64,000 bases of DNA from Rhodobacterales bacterium (lineage in GTDB: Bacteria > Pseudomonadota > Alphaproteobacteria > Rhodobacterales > Rhodobacteraceae): contig QKJR01000063.1 of NCBI GenBank assembly GCA_003249215.1, positions 6,195-70,194 of the forward strand. Direction: 5' to 3'. Of the stretch, positions 9,304 to 19,516 are shown piece after piece. The translations under genes and the position numbers were made by a program. The notes below the pieces were generated by a model. The model was given only the letters and a program-made list of their open reading frames with translations. It searched no databases and was not told the DNA's origin. Within the stretch, counting starts at the first letter, position 1, and the number at the start of each line of letters is the position of its first letter.

Positions 9304-10940
9304 GCCTTGATCCATTGATAGAGCCACGTTTCAGTCAGCTTGCGATCGTAACCCGCGATATGCGCGGAAAGTTCCACCGGCTTGTCGCCATCGGCGGCGA
9401 CGTCGAGCACGAGGCGCCAGATATCGGTGCCCCAGATCTGGGTGAGCGTCTGGGTCTCGATCTTGCCATTCGCCGCAGTGGCGATGACGGTCAGATCCTC
9501 GACCGCTTCGCCGGGCAGGTTGCCGAGCAGCCCGCCCTTGAAGTCGATGACGAACTTGCGCGTGCCGGTGGTGTTTTCAACCCCCGAGACGCCACCGGCG
9601 CCGGCCCGCGTCTCGAGGACATGGGCGCGGTCGTCGCGGCTGTCGGGTTCGAGCGCGCCCCAGCGCAGCCGATAGGCGAACTCGCGGCTCTCGCCGGCTT
9701 TGGCGGGGGCCTCGGGCACCCAGAAGGCGACGATATTGTCGTTCACCTCGAGATCCGAGGGGATCTCGACGAGCCGGACCGCGCCGCGGCCCCAGTCGCC
9801 GAGCGGCTCGACCACGCAAGAGGGGCGTTTTTCGTAATGTGCGGCGGCATCCTGATAATTCGCGAAGTCGCGGTCACGCTGATAGAGCCCGAAGGAGCGC
9901 GGCGTGGTTTCGACGAAATAGCTCGAGGCGAGCCGCGGCGGGTTCGCAAGCGGGCGCCAGATCGCCTCGCCATCGGCGCGGGTGATCCCGAGCCCGTCGC
10001 TGTCGTGCACCTGTGGACGGAAATCGTCGAATTTCGTCCGGTTGCGCTCGGCAAAGAGGAACATCGAGGTCAACGGCGCGACCCCGAGCTGTTCGACATC
10101 CTTGCGGAAATAGAGCCGCGCAGTGACCTCGAGCGCGGTTTCGGCGCCGGGGCTGATCACGAAGCGATAGGCCCCGGTCAGCGAGGCGCTTTCCATCGCG
10201 GCATGGACGGTGATCGTCTGCGCGCCGGGCTGCGGGCGCTCGATCCAGAAGCGGGTGAAGCGCGGGAATTCCTCGGCCACGGCCAGCCCGGTGTTGATCG
10301 CCAGACCGCGCGCCGAGAGGCCATAGGCCGAGCCGCGCCCGAGCGCGCGGAAATAGGAGGCGCCCTGAAAGGCGATCAGCTCGTCGAAGATATCGGGGCG
10401 GTTGAGCGGATTGTGCAGCCGGAAGCCCGCCACGCCGGGCAGTTCGACATGTTCGGGTACATGGTCGCGCGCCTGACGTTCATAGATGAAATCGTCGGTG
10501 CCGAAGGTCATCGGCGTGGCCATGCCGTCGGCCACTTCGAACAGCAGCACCGGCTCCTTGAAGAGCCAGCCCATATGGAAGGCGTGGAGCTGAAACTGCA
10601 CATCCGGGCTATCGGCAAAGCGCGCGCGCTCGGGGTTGAAGCGGATCAGCCGGTAATCGTCATAGCCCAGACCCGAGAGGAAGCTCTCGGGCAGGGTGAG
10701 GGTTTGCGGGGCCTGAGCGGCCAGTCCCTGCATCTCGGCCGAGAGCGCGTCGAAGCTGAACGGTTGCTGCGGCGCAGCGGGTGCCGGGGCGGGCACCTCG
10801 GCTGCGGGCGCGGGCGTTTCCTGCGCTTGCGCACCGCGCGGAAGCGCGGTCGTGCAGGTCAGAAATGCCCCCGCGGACAGCGTCGCGAGCAGGCGGCGAC
10901 GGCTGAGCGGCAGGGGGCGGCGGGGTTGCGCGAGGGGCAT
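9300..10940 (-). CDS. opgG: Glucans biosynthesis protein OpgG (MdoG), Tat signal
   Basis: SRRRLL Tat motif; FQGASYFRALG, YGLSARGLA, EEFPRF, PLTSMF, HDSDGL, DNIVAFW motifs. Confidence 0.95.
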   Translation of the reverse strand: MPLAQPRRPLPLSRRRLLATLSAGAFLTCTTALPRGAQAQETPAPAAEVPAPAPAAPQQPFSFDALSAEMQGLAAQAPQTLTLPESFLSGLGYDDYRLIRFNPERARFADSPDVQFQLHAFHMGWLFKEPVLLFEVADGMATPMTFGTDDFIYERQARDHVPEHVELPGVAGFRLHNPLNRPDIFDELIAFQGASYFRALGRGSAYGLSARGLAINTGLAVAEEFPRFTRFWIERPQPGAQTITVHAAMESASLTGAYRFVISPGAETALEVTARLYFRKDVEQLGVAPLTSMFLFAERNRTKFDDFRPQVHDSDGLGITRADGEAIWRPLANPPRLASSYFVETTPRSFGLYQRDRDFANYQDAAAHYEKRPSCVVEPLGDWGRGAVRLVEIPSDLEVNDNIVAFWVPEAPAKAGESREFAYRLRWGALEPDSRDDRAHVLETRAGAGGVSGVENTTGTRKFVIDFKGGLLGNLPGEAVEDLTVIATAANGKIETQTLTQIWGTDIWRLVLDVAADGDKPVELSAHIAGYDRKLTETWLYQWIKA

Positions 10941-11446
10941 CTATTTTCCAAGCGATCTCAGATAGTTCTTAAGGCCGCCCGAGGGCAGCCCTTTGCACAA
11001 TCCTTAGCCACAGCGCCGAAAAAACTGCAAGCGATCAATGCGTCATGAAAGCGTCAAGAACCCGTGTCCCCCCTGCAATGGTCAGAATGTTGCCGGGGCG
11101 CCGCGCCGAACTGGCGTAATCTTGCCGATTCTGCGTTCGCGAAGGATTGAGCGGGGAATTTCGCACCTGCCGCAGGCTGGGTTCGGGGGGGCGGAGAGGA
11201 GTCGGGTTTGGCCCGAACGGGGGGTGAGTCGCGCGCCTCGGGCCGCGCTGCGGCGGCGTCGGGTCGATCGCATGCCCGAGGATGCCTCTATTTCGCGCGT
11301 TTGCGAGAGGCCATCGCCCGCCCGCGCGAACTTGGCACGCGGGAAGAAGCCGGCGCCGTCGCCCCACGGGTCGGCGGCCTTGATTCTCCTTGTTCCCGAG
11401 CCGCGTCCTCCGCTACATCAGGCGCAATAAGGACAGGAGAACCTTG

Positions 11447-12751
11447 ATGGAAGCAATCGATCTCACGGGTCATTGGGTGGGGTTCCTCTGCCTGCTGATC
11501 TTCGTTGGCGCCTATGTGCTGGTGATCTTCGAAGAATCGACCCATATGCGCAAATCCAAGCCGGTGATGCTCGCGGCGGGTCTGATCTGGGCCTTCATCG
11601 GCATCGAATACATGCGTCAGGGCCTTTCGCAGGTCGCCCATGACCACGCCCGCGAGATCGTCGAGGAATATGGCGAGCTGTTCCTGTTCCTGCTCGTGGC
11701 CATTACCTACGTCAACACCATGGAAGAGCGCCGGGTGTTCGACGCCCTGCGCGGGCGTCTGGTGCGGCTCGGCATGTCCTATCGCAAGCTTTTCTGGCTC
11801 ACCGGGGTGCTGTCCTTCTTCCTCTCGGGCGTGCTCGACAACCTCACCACCTCGCTCGTGATGGGGGCCGTGGTTATGGCGGTTGGCGCGACCTCGCCCA
11901 GCTTCGTCGCGGTGGCCTGCGTCAACATCGTCGTGGCCGCGAATGCCGGCGGTGCCTTCACCCCGTTTGGCGACATCACCACGCTGATGGTCTGGCAAAA
12001 GGGCGTGATCGGTTTCTTCGAATTCTTCGTTCTGCTGGTGCCGTCGCTGGTGAACTGGATGGTGCCGGCGGCGATCATGTCGCTCACCGTCTCGCGCGAC
12101 GTGCCCCCGGCGAGCGAAGATGTCGCCCGCGGCAAGCCGGGTGCGGTGGGCGTCGTCATCCTGTTCGTTGCGACGATCATCACCTCGGTCAGCTTCAAGA
12201 ACTTCCTCGCGCTGCCGCCCGCGCTCGGGATGATGCTCGGCCTCGGCTATCTCCAGATCTTCTCCTATTTCATCACCCAGAAGGGCCATCGCTCGCGCCG
12301 CGAGGAGCTCGTCCTCGACAGCTTCAAACAGGTCGAGCGGGTGGAATGGGATACGCTGCTGTTCTTCTTCGGGATTATCTTCGCGGTCGGCGGGCTCGGC
12401 CTGCTCGGCTATCTCGATTTCCTCTCGAACCTGCTCTATGTCGGTCTCGGCCCGACTGCGGCGAACACCATTCTCGGCGCGATGTCTGCCATCGTCGACA
12501 ACATCCCGTTGATGTTCGCCGTGCTCACGATGGAGCCGGACATGAGCCATGGCGAATGGCTCCTGATCACGCTGACCTGTGGCGTGGGCGGCTCGCTCCT
12601 GTCGATCGGCTCCGCGGCGGGCGTGGCGCTGATGGGGCAGGCGCGGGGCGTCTATACCTTCACCAGCCACATCAAATGGACCTGGGCGATCGCGCTGGGC
12701 TACGGCGCCTCGATCGTCACCCATCTGCTCATCAACGCGCATCACTTCTGA
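11447..12751 (+). CDS. nhaD: NhaD-type Na+/H+ antiporter (IT superfamily)
   Basis: HMRKSKP, DNLTT, AANAGGAFTPFGDITTLMVWQ, DNIP, GGSLLSIGSAAGV motifs. AGGAG RBS upstream. Confidence 0.92.
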   Translation: MEAIDLTGHWVGFLCLLIFVGAYVLVIFEESTHMRKSKPVMLAAGLIWAFIGIEYMRQGLSQVAHDHAREIVEEYGELFLFLLVAITYVNTMEERRVFDALRGRLVRLGMSYRKLFWLTGVLSFFLSGVLDNLTTSLVMGAVVMAVGATSPSFVAVACVNIVVAANAGGAFTPFGDITTLMVWQKGVIGFFEFFVLLVPSLVNWMVPAAIMSLTVSRDVPPASEDVARGKPGAVGVVILFVATIITSVSFKNFLALPPALGMMLGLGYLQIFSYFITQKGHRSRREELVLDSFKQVERVEWDTLLFFFGIIFAVGGLGLLGYLDFLSNLLYVGLGPTAANTILGAMSAIVDNIPLMFAVLTMEPDMSHGEWLLITLTCGVGGSLLSIGSAAGVALMGQARGVYTFTSHIKWTWAIALGYGASIVTHLLINAHHF

Positions 12752-12771
12752 TCCCCCCGCGGATCGGTGAG

Positions 12772-12800
12772 AGGCCCGGGATTTCCCGGGCCTTTCGCTT
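12772..12800 (+). terminator. Rho-independent terminator after nhaD
   Basis: aggcccggg-attt-cccgggcct stem followed by ttcgcttt. Confidence 0.65.
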
Positions 12801-12838
12801 TGGATCAGTTTTCTTTCATCGCCCCCCCTTGCCGGCAA

Positions 12839-12888
12839 TTGACGGCGGGGTGCGCCCTCCGATAATTTGATCAAATTATTGGAGGGCG
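12839..12888 (+). promoter_or_regulatory. sigma70-like promoter overlapped by a 36-bp palindrome (candidate repressor operator)
   Basis: TTGACG-N16-GATAAT. CGCCCTCCGATAATTTGATCAAATTATTGGAGGGCG (12853-12888) is palindromic except for one pair. Confidence 0.6.
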
Positions 12889-12890
12889 GC

Positions 12891-14261
12891 ATGGGCATCA
12901 CCACAGAGGGCGGCGTATCGACCGACCGCATCGCCGCGCTCGCGGCGGTGGAAGGCGCAGCCTATGCCGAGGCCCGCCCGAAAACCCGCGCCGCGCTGGC
13001 GGCCGGATCGGGCGCCTTCCTCGACGGCGTGCCGATGCATTGGATGCGCGACTGGCCGCAGCCCTTCCCGATGCTGGTAGCGCGGGCGAGCGGCGCGGTG
13101 ATCGAGGATCTCGACGGCCACCAGATCGACGATTTCTGTCTGGGCGATACCGGTTCGATGTTCGGCCATTCGCCCGCCCCCGTGGCCGCCGCCATCGCCG
13201 AGCAGGCCAGCCGTGGCCTGACCTATATGCTGCCCTCCGAGGCCGCGCTCGAGGCTGGCCGCCTGCTCACCGAGCGGTTCGGCCCGATGCTCTGGCAGAT
13301 CGCGACGACGGCGACGGACGCGAACCGCTTCGCTCTGCGCGTGGCCCGTGCCGTGACCGGGCGGCGCAAGGTTCTGGTGTTCGACGGCTGCTATCATGGC
13401 ACGGTCGATGACGCGATGGTCTGCCTCGAGGGCGGCCGCACCGTCGCGCGCCCGGGTCTGGTGGGGCAGGTCGCCGATCTGACCGAACTCGCCGTCGCGG
13501 CCACGTTCAACGATCTCGCCTCGGTCGAGGCGGCGCTGGCCAAGGGCGACGTGGCCGCGATCCTGACCGAGCCGGTGATGACCAATTCCTGCATGGTCCT
13601 GCCGGAACCGGGCTTCCATGCGGGTCTGCGTGATCTCGCGACGCGTTATGGCGCGCTCCTGATCATCGACGAAACCCATACGATTTCCTCGGGCCTCGGC
13701 GGTTACACCCGCACCCACGGCCTGCAACCCGATATCTTCGTCGTCGGCAAATGCGTGGCGGGCGGGGTGCCGACCGCGGTCTGGGGCCTCTCGCCCGCGG
13801 TCGCAGACCGCTTCCGCGCCTATGACGCCAGGCGGGCCCCCGGCCACAGCGGCATGGGCACGACGCTCTCCGCCAACCCGCTGCAATTCGCGGCCCTCGT
13901 CGCCAACCTGCGCCATGTGATGACGCCCGAGAACTATGCCCGGATGGAGGCGGGCGCCGCGCATCTTTGCGCGGGGCTTACCAAGGCGGTCGAGACCCAT
14001 GGCGCGCCCTGGCACGTCCTGCGCGTCGGCGCCCGAGTCGAGTTCATCTGCGCACCGGGGCCGTTGAAAAACGGTGCCGAGGCCGCCCGCGCCCATGCCC
14101 CGGCGCTTGAGGCCGCCGTGCATCAGGCGCTCCTCAACCGCGGCTGCCTGATCGCGCCTTTCCACAACATGATGCTGATTTCGCCCGAGACCTCGTCCGA
14201 CCAGATCGACCGCCTGATCGCGGGTTTCGACGCGGTTCTGGGGCTTCTATTCGAGACCTGA
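12891..14261 (+). CDS. Class-III PLP aminotransferase (glutamate-1-semialdehyde aminomutase-like, probably not HemL)
   Basis: DFCLGDTGSMFGH, FDGCYHG, LTEP, IIDETHT, VGKCVAGG (PLP lysine), GTTLSANPL. GGAGG RBS. Confidence 0.85.
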   Translation: MGITTEGGVSTDRIAALAAVEGAAYAEARPKTRAALAAGSGAFLDGVPMHWMRDWPQPFPMLVARASGAVIEDLDGHQIDDFCLGDTGSMFGHSPAPVAAAIAEQASRGLTYMLPSEAALEAGRLLTERFGPMLWQIATTATDANRFALRVARAVTGRRKVLVFDGCYHGTVDDAMVCLEGGRTVARPGLVGQVADLTELAVAATFNDLASVEAALAKGDVAAILTEPVMTNSCMVLPEPGFHAGLRDLATRYGALLIIDETHTISSGLGGYTRTHGLQPDIFVVGKCVAGGVPTAVWGLSPAVADRFRAYDARRAPGHSGMGTTLSANPLQFAALVANLRHVMTPENYARMEAGAAHLCAGLTKAVETHGAPWHVLRVGARVEFICAPGPLKNGAEAARAHAPALEAAVHQALLNRGCLIAPFHNMMLISPETSSDQIDRLIAGFDAVLGLLFET

Positions 14262-14262
14262 C

Positions 14263-15642
14263 ATGACCCAATCCCCCACCGGCTCGACCCTGACCGAGGC
14301 CGAAGACTTCCTGAACGCCCATCCCGAGATCGAGGCCTTCGACATCGTGCTGCACGATGCGAACGGCATCGGCCGCGGCAAGATCATCCGCCGCCACGAG
14401 CTTTTGGGCCTTTACAAGAACGGCCGCCACCTGCCGATCTCGATCCTTGGCCTCGATATCGTCGGCGAGGATGTGCATGAAACCGGCCTGATCTGGGATC
14501 AGGGCGATGGCGATCTGCGCGCCTGGCCAATCCCCGGCACGATCAAGGCGCTCCATGGCACCAACCCGCCGCGCGGCGAACTCCTGATGAGCATGTATCA
14601 TCTGGACGGCGCCGAGATGACTTCGGACCCGCGCCATGCGCTGCGCCGTCAGGTCGATGCGATGGCGGCCGAGGGGCTGCACCCTGCGGGGGCGTTCGAG
14701 CTCGAATTCTTCCTGCTCGATCCCGATACCAACGCGGGTATCCGCCCCGCGGCGGCGGTGCTCGACGGCCGCCGCAGCGACTGGACCGAGGTCTATTCGG
14801 TCGATCACCTGCACGGGATGGAGCCGCTGTTCAGCGATATCTACCGCGCGGCCGAGGCGATGGGCATCCGCGCCGAGACGGTGATTTCCGAATATGCGCC
14901 CGGGCAATACGAACTGACGCTGGATTACCGGACCGATGTGATGCAGGCCGCCGATGACCTCGTGCGGCTGAAGCGCATCGTCCGGATGCAGGCCCGGCGC
15001 CATGGTGTGGTGGCCTGCTTCATGGCCAAGCCGATCGAGAAATACGCAGGCTCCGGCATGCATTTCCACGTCAGCCTCTGCGACGATCAGGGCCGCAACG
15101 TCTTCGCCGAGGCCAACGAGGGGCAATGGACCGACACGATCAAACACGCGATCGGCGGGTTGCGCGCGACGATGGGCGAGTCGATGCTGGTCTTTGCGCC
15201 GCATGGGAATTCCTGGCGCCGCTTCGTCGGGCAAAGCTATGCGCCGGTCTCGCCCTCCTGGGGCGTCAATAACCGCTCGGTCGCGCTGCGGATCCCGGCG
15301 GGCGAGGTCAAGGCGCGGCGGGTCGAGCATCGCCCCTCCGGCGTCGACGCCAATCCCTATCTGGTCGCGGCGACGGTGCTGGCGGGTATCCGTCATGGCC
15401 TGAAACACCGGATCGACCCGGGTCCCGAGACCACCGGCAACGGCTATGAGGGCACCGACGATCTGCCGATGCCCGCCGACTGGCGCGAGGCGATCCGTGC
15501 GGCCCAAGGGTCCGCGTTCCTGAAAGAGGCCTTGGGAGAAGACATGCACCGCACCTTCTGCGCGATCAAGGCCGCCGAACAGGCCCGAGTCGCCGCCTGG
15601 ATCGCGGATGTGGATTACGCGCTTTACCTGCACAACGTCTGA
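14263..15642 (+). CDS. Glutamine synthetase-like protein (gamma-glutamyl-amine ligase, PuuA/PauA type)
   Basis: GIGRGK, ELEFFL, SEYAPGQYE, FMAKP, GSGMHFHVS, NNRSVALRIP, RVEHR..G.DANPYL. Lacks the features of canonical GlnA. Confidence 0.85.
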   Translation: MTQSPTGSTLTEAEDFLNAHPEIEAFDIVLHDANGIGRGKIIRRHELLGLYKNGRHLPISILGLDIVGEDVHETGLIWDQGDGDLRAWPIPGTIKALHGTNPPRGELLMSMYHLDGAEMTSDPRHALRRQVDAMAAEGLHPAGAFELEFFLLDPDTNAGIRPAAAVLDGRRSDWTEVYSVDHLHGMEPLFSDIYRAAEAMGIRAETVISEYAPGQYELTLDYRTDVMQAADDLVRLKRIVRMQARRHGVVACFMAKPIEKYAGSGMHFHVSLCDDQGRNVFAEANEGQWTDTIKHAIGGLRATMGESMLVFAPHGNSWRRFVGQSYAPVSPSWGVNNRSVALRIPAGEVKARRVEHRPSGVDANPYLVAATVLAGIRHGLKHRIDPGPETTGNGYEGTDDLPMPADWREAIRAAQGSAFLKEALGEDMHRTFCAIKAAEQARVAAWIADVDYALYLHNV

Positions 15643-15651
15643 CGCTTGGCC

Positions 15652-15680
15652 CGCGCCGGGGGCTTCGCGCCCCCCGCGCG
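15652..15680. terminator. Hairpin between convergent GS-like gene and dapA
   Basis: cgcgccgggggc-ttcgc-gccccccgcgcg imperfect stem. Confidence 0.4.
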
Positions 15681-15700
15681 TTATCCGATTTTCGATCCGA

Positions 15701-16573
15701 TCAGATCAGCTTGGCATGAGCCATGGCCGCGTCGATTTTGGCCTTGGTGCCGTCGGTCAACTCAACGAGCGGCAGCCGCACTTCGGCGCTGCACAGGCCG
15801 AGTCTCGACATCGCATATTTTGCACCGGCCACACCCGGCTCGAGGAAGATCGCGATGTGCAGCGGCATCAGAAGGTCCTGATATTCCAGAGCTTTGGCAT
15901 AATCGCCCGCCAGCGTCGCCGCCTGCATCTCCGCGCAGAGCCGGGGCGCCACGTTCGCAGTGACCGAGATGCAGCCGACGCCCCCCATCGCATTGAAGCC
16001 CACCGCCGTCGCATCCTCGCCCGAGAGCTGGACGAATTCGGTCCCGCAGGTCAGCCGCGTTTTCGCCACGCGCGCGAGATCGCCGGTCGCATCCTTGACA
16101 CCCACGATCCGCGGCAGGGCGGCCAGTTCGCCCATCGTCTCGGGGCTCATGTCGACGACCGAGCGGCCGGGGATGTTATAGATCACGATCGGCAGGGCGC
16201 AGGCATCGTGCATCGCGGTGAAATGCGCGACCATGCCGCGCTGCGTCGGTTTGTTGTAATAGGGCGTCACGACGAGGGCTGCATCGGCGCCCGCGGCCTC
16301 GGCATGGCGGATCAGCTCGATCCCCTCGGTGGTCGAGTTCGAGCCCGCCCCCGCGATCACCGGTACCCGGCCCGCGGCGGCTTTCACCACTTCCTCGACC
16401 ACGCGCACATGCTCTTCGTGGCTGAGCGTGGGGCTCTCGCCCGTGGTGCCCACCGGAACGATGCCCGCCGAGCCCTCGGCGATATGCCAGTCGACCAGCT
16501 TCTTGAGCGTGTCCAGATCCAGCTCGCCGTTCGCAAACGGCGTGACGAGTGCGGGGATGGACCCTTTGAACAT
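15701..16573 (-). CDS. dapA: 4-hydroxy-tetrahydrodipicolinate synthase
   Basis: [45 protein letters not shown]. Confidence 0.97.
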   Translation of the reverse strand: MFKGSIPALVTPFANGELDLDTLKKLVDWHIAEGSAGIVPVGTTGESPTLSHEEHVRVVEEVVKAAAGRVPVIAGAGSNSTTEGIELIRHAEAAGADAALVVTPYYNKPTQRGMVAHFTAMHDACALPIVIYNIPGRSVVDMSPETMGELAALPRIVGVKDATGDLARVAKTRLTCGTEFVQLSGEDATAVGFNAMGGVGCISVTANVAPRLCAEMQAATLAGDYAKALEYQDLLMPLHIAIFLEPGVAGAKYAMSRLGLCSAEVRLPLVELTDGTKAKIDAAMAHAKLI

Positions 16574-16712
16574 GACACGCTCCGTGAGTTTCGGGCGGAT
16601 TCGCCCGGGTTGAAATCGCGCGGAACATAGACGGGCGCCCGCGCCTTGCCAACTTGTGAATTGCACCGGGGCGCTTGCGCAGGCAGGAAGGAAAAAACAC
16701 CCGAGCAGAGTG

Positions 16713-18644
16713 ATGACCCGAGCCCTGATCCTGGCCGCCGTTCTGGCGTTGACGAGCATTTCCGCCCCCGCGCGGGCCGAGGATGCGCCGGCGCTGGCCG
16801 CGGCGCTGCGGGCGGCCTCTGCGCGCGACTGGGCGGGGGCCGAGGCGCAGGCGCGCGCGGCGGGGCCGCTCGCCTTCGATCTGATCGAATGGCAGCGGCT
16901 GCGCGCGGGTGAAGGCGACTTCGCCGATTACGCCGATTTCGCCACGCGCCGCGCCGACTGGCCGGGGATGGACCTGTTGCGCCGCAAGGGTGAGGACAAG
17001 CTGACCTATGCCGGGCCCGAGGCGATTGCCGCCTATTTCTCGGATGCGGCGCCGCAAACCGGCGAGGGCGCGCTCGCGCTGATCGAGGCGCTTCGGGCGC
17101 AGGGGCGCACCACCCGCGCCGCGCAGGTGGCCGAAACCGCCTGGCGCAACCTGACGCTGAGCCGCGACGAACAGGCGGTGTTTCTCGCGCGCTATCCCGA
17201 TCTGGTGGCGCCGCATCACGGCGGGCGGATGCAGGGGCTCTTGGACCGCGGCGCGCTCGATCAGGCTCGGGCGATGATGGATCTGGTGACGCCGGGCACG
17301 CGCGCGGTGGCGGCGGCGCGGATCGCGCTTCAGGCGCGCGCCAGCGGCGTCGATGCGCTGCTCGAGGCGGTGCCCGAGCGGATGCAGGGTTCCAGCGGGT
17401 TGGCGCGTGACCGCGCGCAATGGCGCTGGCGCAATGACCTCGAGGCGGCATCGGCGGCACTGGTGCTGGAGCGTTCGGGCAGTGCCGACAGCCTCGGCGA
17501 TCCCGCGCTCTGGGCCGGGCTTCGGGCCAATCTGGCGCGGTTCTTCCTGCGCGGGGGCGATGCGCGCACCGCCTACAAGGTCGCTGCGCGTCACCGGTTG
17601 AGCGGGGGCGCGGATTTCGCCGATCTCGAATGGCTGGCGGGTTATGCCGCGCTGAAACTCGGCGATGCGCCGGTCGCGCTCAAACATTTCGAGACCTTCT
17701 CGGCCGCGGTGCAAAGCCCGATCAGCGCCTCGCGCGGGGCCTACTGGCGGGGCCGCGCGCTCGAGGTTCTGGGCCGCCCGGGGGATGCAAAGGCCGCCTT
17801 CATCGAGGGGGCGAGATTCCAGACCTCCTTTTATGGCCTGCTGAGCGCCGAGCGTGCGGGCGTGGCGCTCGATCCGGCCTTCGTGGCGCCGCCCGCGCTG
17901 CCCGATTGGCATAGCGGCAGCTATACCGGAAACAGCGTCTTTCAGGCTGCGCTGTTGCTGCACGAGGCGGGGGATCAGGAGCTGGCGCGGCGGTTCCTTT
18001 TGCATCTCGAGGAAAGCCTGCCCTCCGATCAGATCGCGCCGCTCGCCGATCTCGCGCTCGACTGGAACGATGCGCATCTGGCGCTGGGGCTGGCGAAGCG
18101 CGCGGCGAACGAGGGGATCGTGCTGACCGCGGCCTATTATCCGCTGCCCGATCTGAGCACCCATGACCTTGGCGCGCCGGAGGAGCTCGTGCTGTCGATC
18201 GCGCGGCGCGAGAGTGAATTCGACCCGGTCGTGGTGAGCCATGCCGGCGCGCGCGGGCTGATGCAACTGATGCCCGGCACCGCCGAGATGATGGCGAAGA
18301 AAACCGGCCTGCCTTATGACCTGCGGCGACTGACCACCGATCCGACCTATAACGCGCAACTGGGCGGCGCCTATCTCGCGACCTTGCGCGCGGAATTCGG
18401 CGCCTCGCCGGTGCTGGTGGCGGTGGGCTACAATGCGGGGCCCGGGCGGTCGCGGCGCTGGATGGAGGAGCGCGGCGATCCGCGCTCTCCCAGCGTGGAT
18501 GTGGTCGACTGGATCGAGATGATCCCCTTCACCGAGACCCGCAATTACGTGATGCGGGTGGCCGAGAGCCTGCCGGTCTATCGCGCGCGTCTGGGTCTGG
18601 CGCCGGTGAAATTCACCGACGAGCTGCGCGGGATCGCGCCCTAG
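16713..18644 (+). CDS. slt: Soluble lytic murein transglycosylase (Slt70-like)
   Basis: Signal peptide; C-terminal SLT domain [37 protein letters not shown]. Divergent from dapA. Confidence 0.92.
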   Translation: MTRALILAAVLALTSISAPARAEDAPALAAALRAASARDWAGAEAQARAAGPLAFDLIEWQRLRAGEGDFADYADFATRRADWPGMDLLRRKGEDKLTYAGPEAIAAYFSDAAPQTGEGALALIEALRAQGRTTRAAQVAETAWRNLTLSRDEQAVFLARYPDLVAPHHGGRMQGLLDRGALDQARAMMDLVTPGTRAVAAARIALQARASGVDALLEAVPERMQGSSGLARDRAQWRWRNDLEAASAALVLERSGSADSLGDPALWAGLRANLARFFLRGGDARTAYKVAARHRLSGGADFADLEWLAGYAALKLGDAPVALKHFETFSAAVQSPISASRGAYWRGRALEVLGRPGDAKAAFIEGARFQTSFYGLLSAERAGVALDPAFVAPPALPDWHSGSYTGNSVFQAALLLHEAGDQELARRFLLHLEESLPSDQIAPLADLALDWNDAHLALGLAKRAANEGIVLTAAYYPLPDLSTHDLGAPEELVLSIARRESEFDPVVVSHAGARGLMQLMPGTAEMMAKKTGLPYDLRRLTTDPTYNAQLGGAYLATLRAEFGASPVLVAVGYNAGPGRSRRWMEERGDPRSPSVDVVDWIEMIPFTETRNYVMRVAESLPVYRARLGLAPVKFTDELRGIAP

Positions 18645-19516
18645 CCCTCTTGCGCCTTGCGGTGGCTGCGCCAGAGCGTGAAGAGCCCGGCCGAGGCCAC
18701 GATCGCCGCACCAATCACGACATTGCTGCGCAGGATGTCGCCGAAGAGCGTCATCCCGATGATCGAGCCCCAGACCAGTTGCAGATAGGCGAAGGGCTGC
18801 AGCGCCGAGGCCTCGGCGATCTCATAGGCGCGGATCAGCAGGCCGTGACCGGCGACCCCGGTGAAGCACAGCAGGAGCATCCAGAGCCAGTCCGTGCCGG
18901 TCATCGGCTGCCAGAACCAGACGCCGACCAGCGTCGAGAAGATCATGCCGACGGTGCCGGTCCAGAAGAAAGACACATCCCCGCTGTCGCGGCGCGCGAC
19001 GTAGCGGGTGAGCAACGCGTAGACCGCAAACATCACCGCACCCAGAAGCGGCACCCAGGCATAGGCCGAAACGACCCCGCCCCCGGGTTTGAGGATGACG
19101 AGCACGCCGAGAAAGCCGATGCCGATCGCGGTCCACCGGCGCCAGCCGACGCCCTCGCCGAGCACCGGTCCGGAGAGCGCGGCGACCATCAGCGGATAGC
19201 AGATGAAGACCGCATGCGTGTCGATCAGCCCCAAATGCACGAAGGCGAACAGCATGACATAGATCTGCCCGACGAGGAGGGCGCCGCGCAGGGTCTGCAG
19301 GATCGGGTGATGCGCATGGAGCGCCCGGGGAATTCCGCCGGGCTGGCGCGCCGAGACGGCAAGCACGAAGAGCGCGAAGAACCAGTAGCGGATCATCACC
19401 ACCATATAGGTATTGTAGGCGCCGGCGAGGTGGCGCGAGATGGCGTCCTGAAGGGCGAAGATCACCGTTGTCGCCACGATCATCGCGATACCGCGGCGCA
19501 GGTTCTGTTCAACCAT
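18641..19516 (-). CDS. DMT/EamA-family transporter
   Basis: About 10 TM helices; LGEGVGWRRW and LQPFAYLQLVW motifs. Confidence 0.88.
   Translation of the reverse strand: MVEQNLRRGIAMIVATTVIFALQDAISRHLAGAYNTYMVVMIRYWFFALFVLAVSARQPGGIPRALHAHHPILQTLRGALLVGQIYVMLFAFVHLGLIDTHAVFICYPLMVAALSGPVLGEGVGWRRWTAIGIGFLGVLVILKPGGGVVSAYAWVPLLGAVMFAVYALLTRYVARRDSGDVSFFWTGTVGMIFSTLVGVWFWQPMTGTDWLWMLLLCFTGVAGHGLLIRAYEIAEASALQPFAYLQLVWGSIIGMTLFGDILRSNVVIGAAIVASAGLFTLWRSHRKAQEG

Noticed and set aside
11332-11348. TTGGCACG as a sigma54 -24 element upstream of nhaD
   Set aside because: No TTGC -12 element at the required spacing.
12866-12875. TTGATCAA as an FNR/FnrL box
   Set aside because: FNR needs TTGAT-N4-ATCAA; here there is no spacer.
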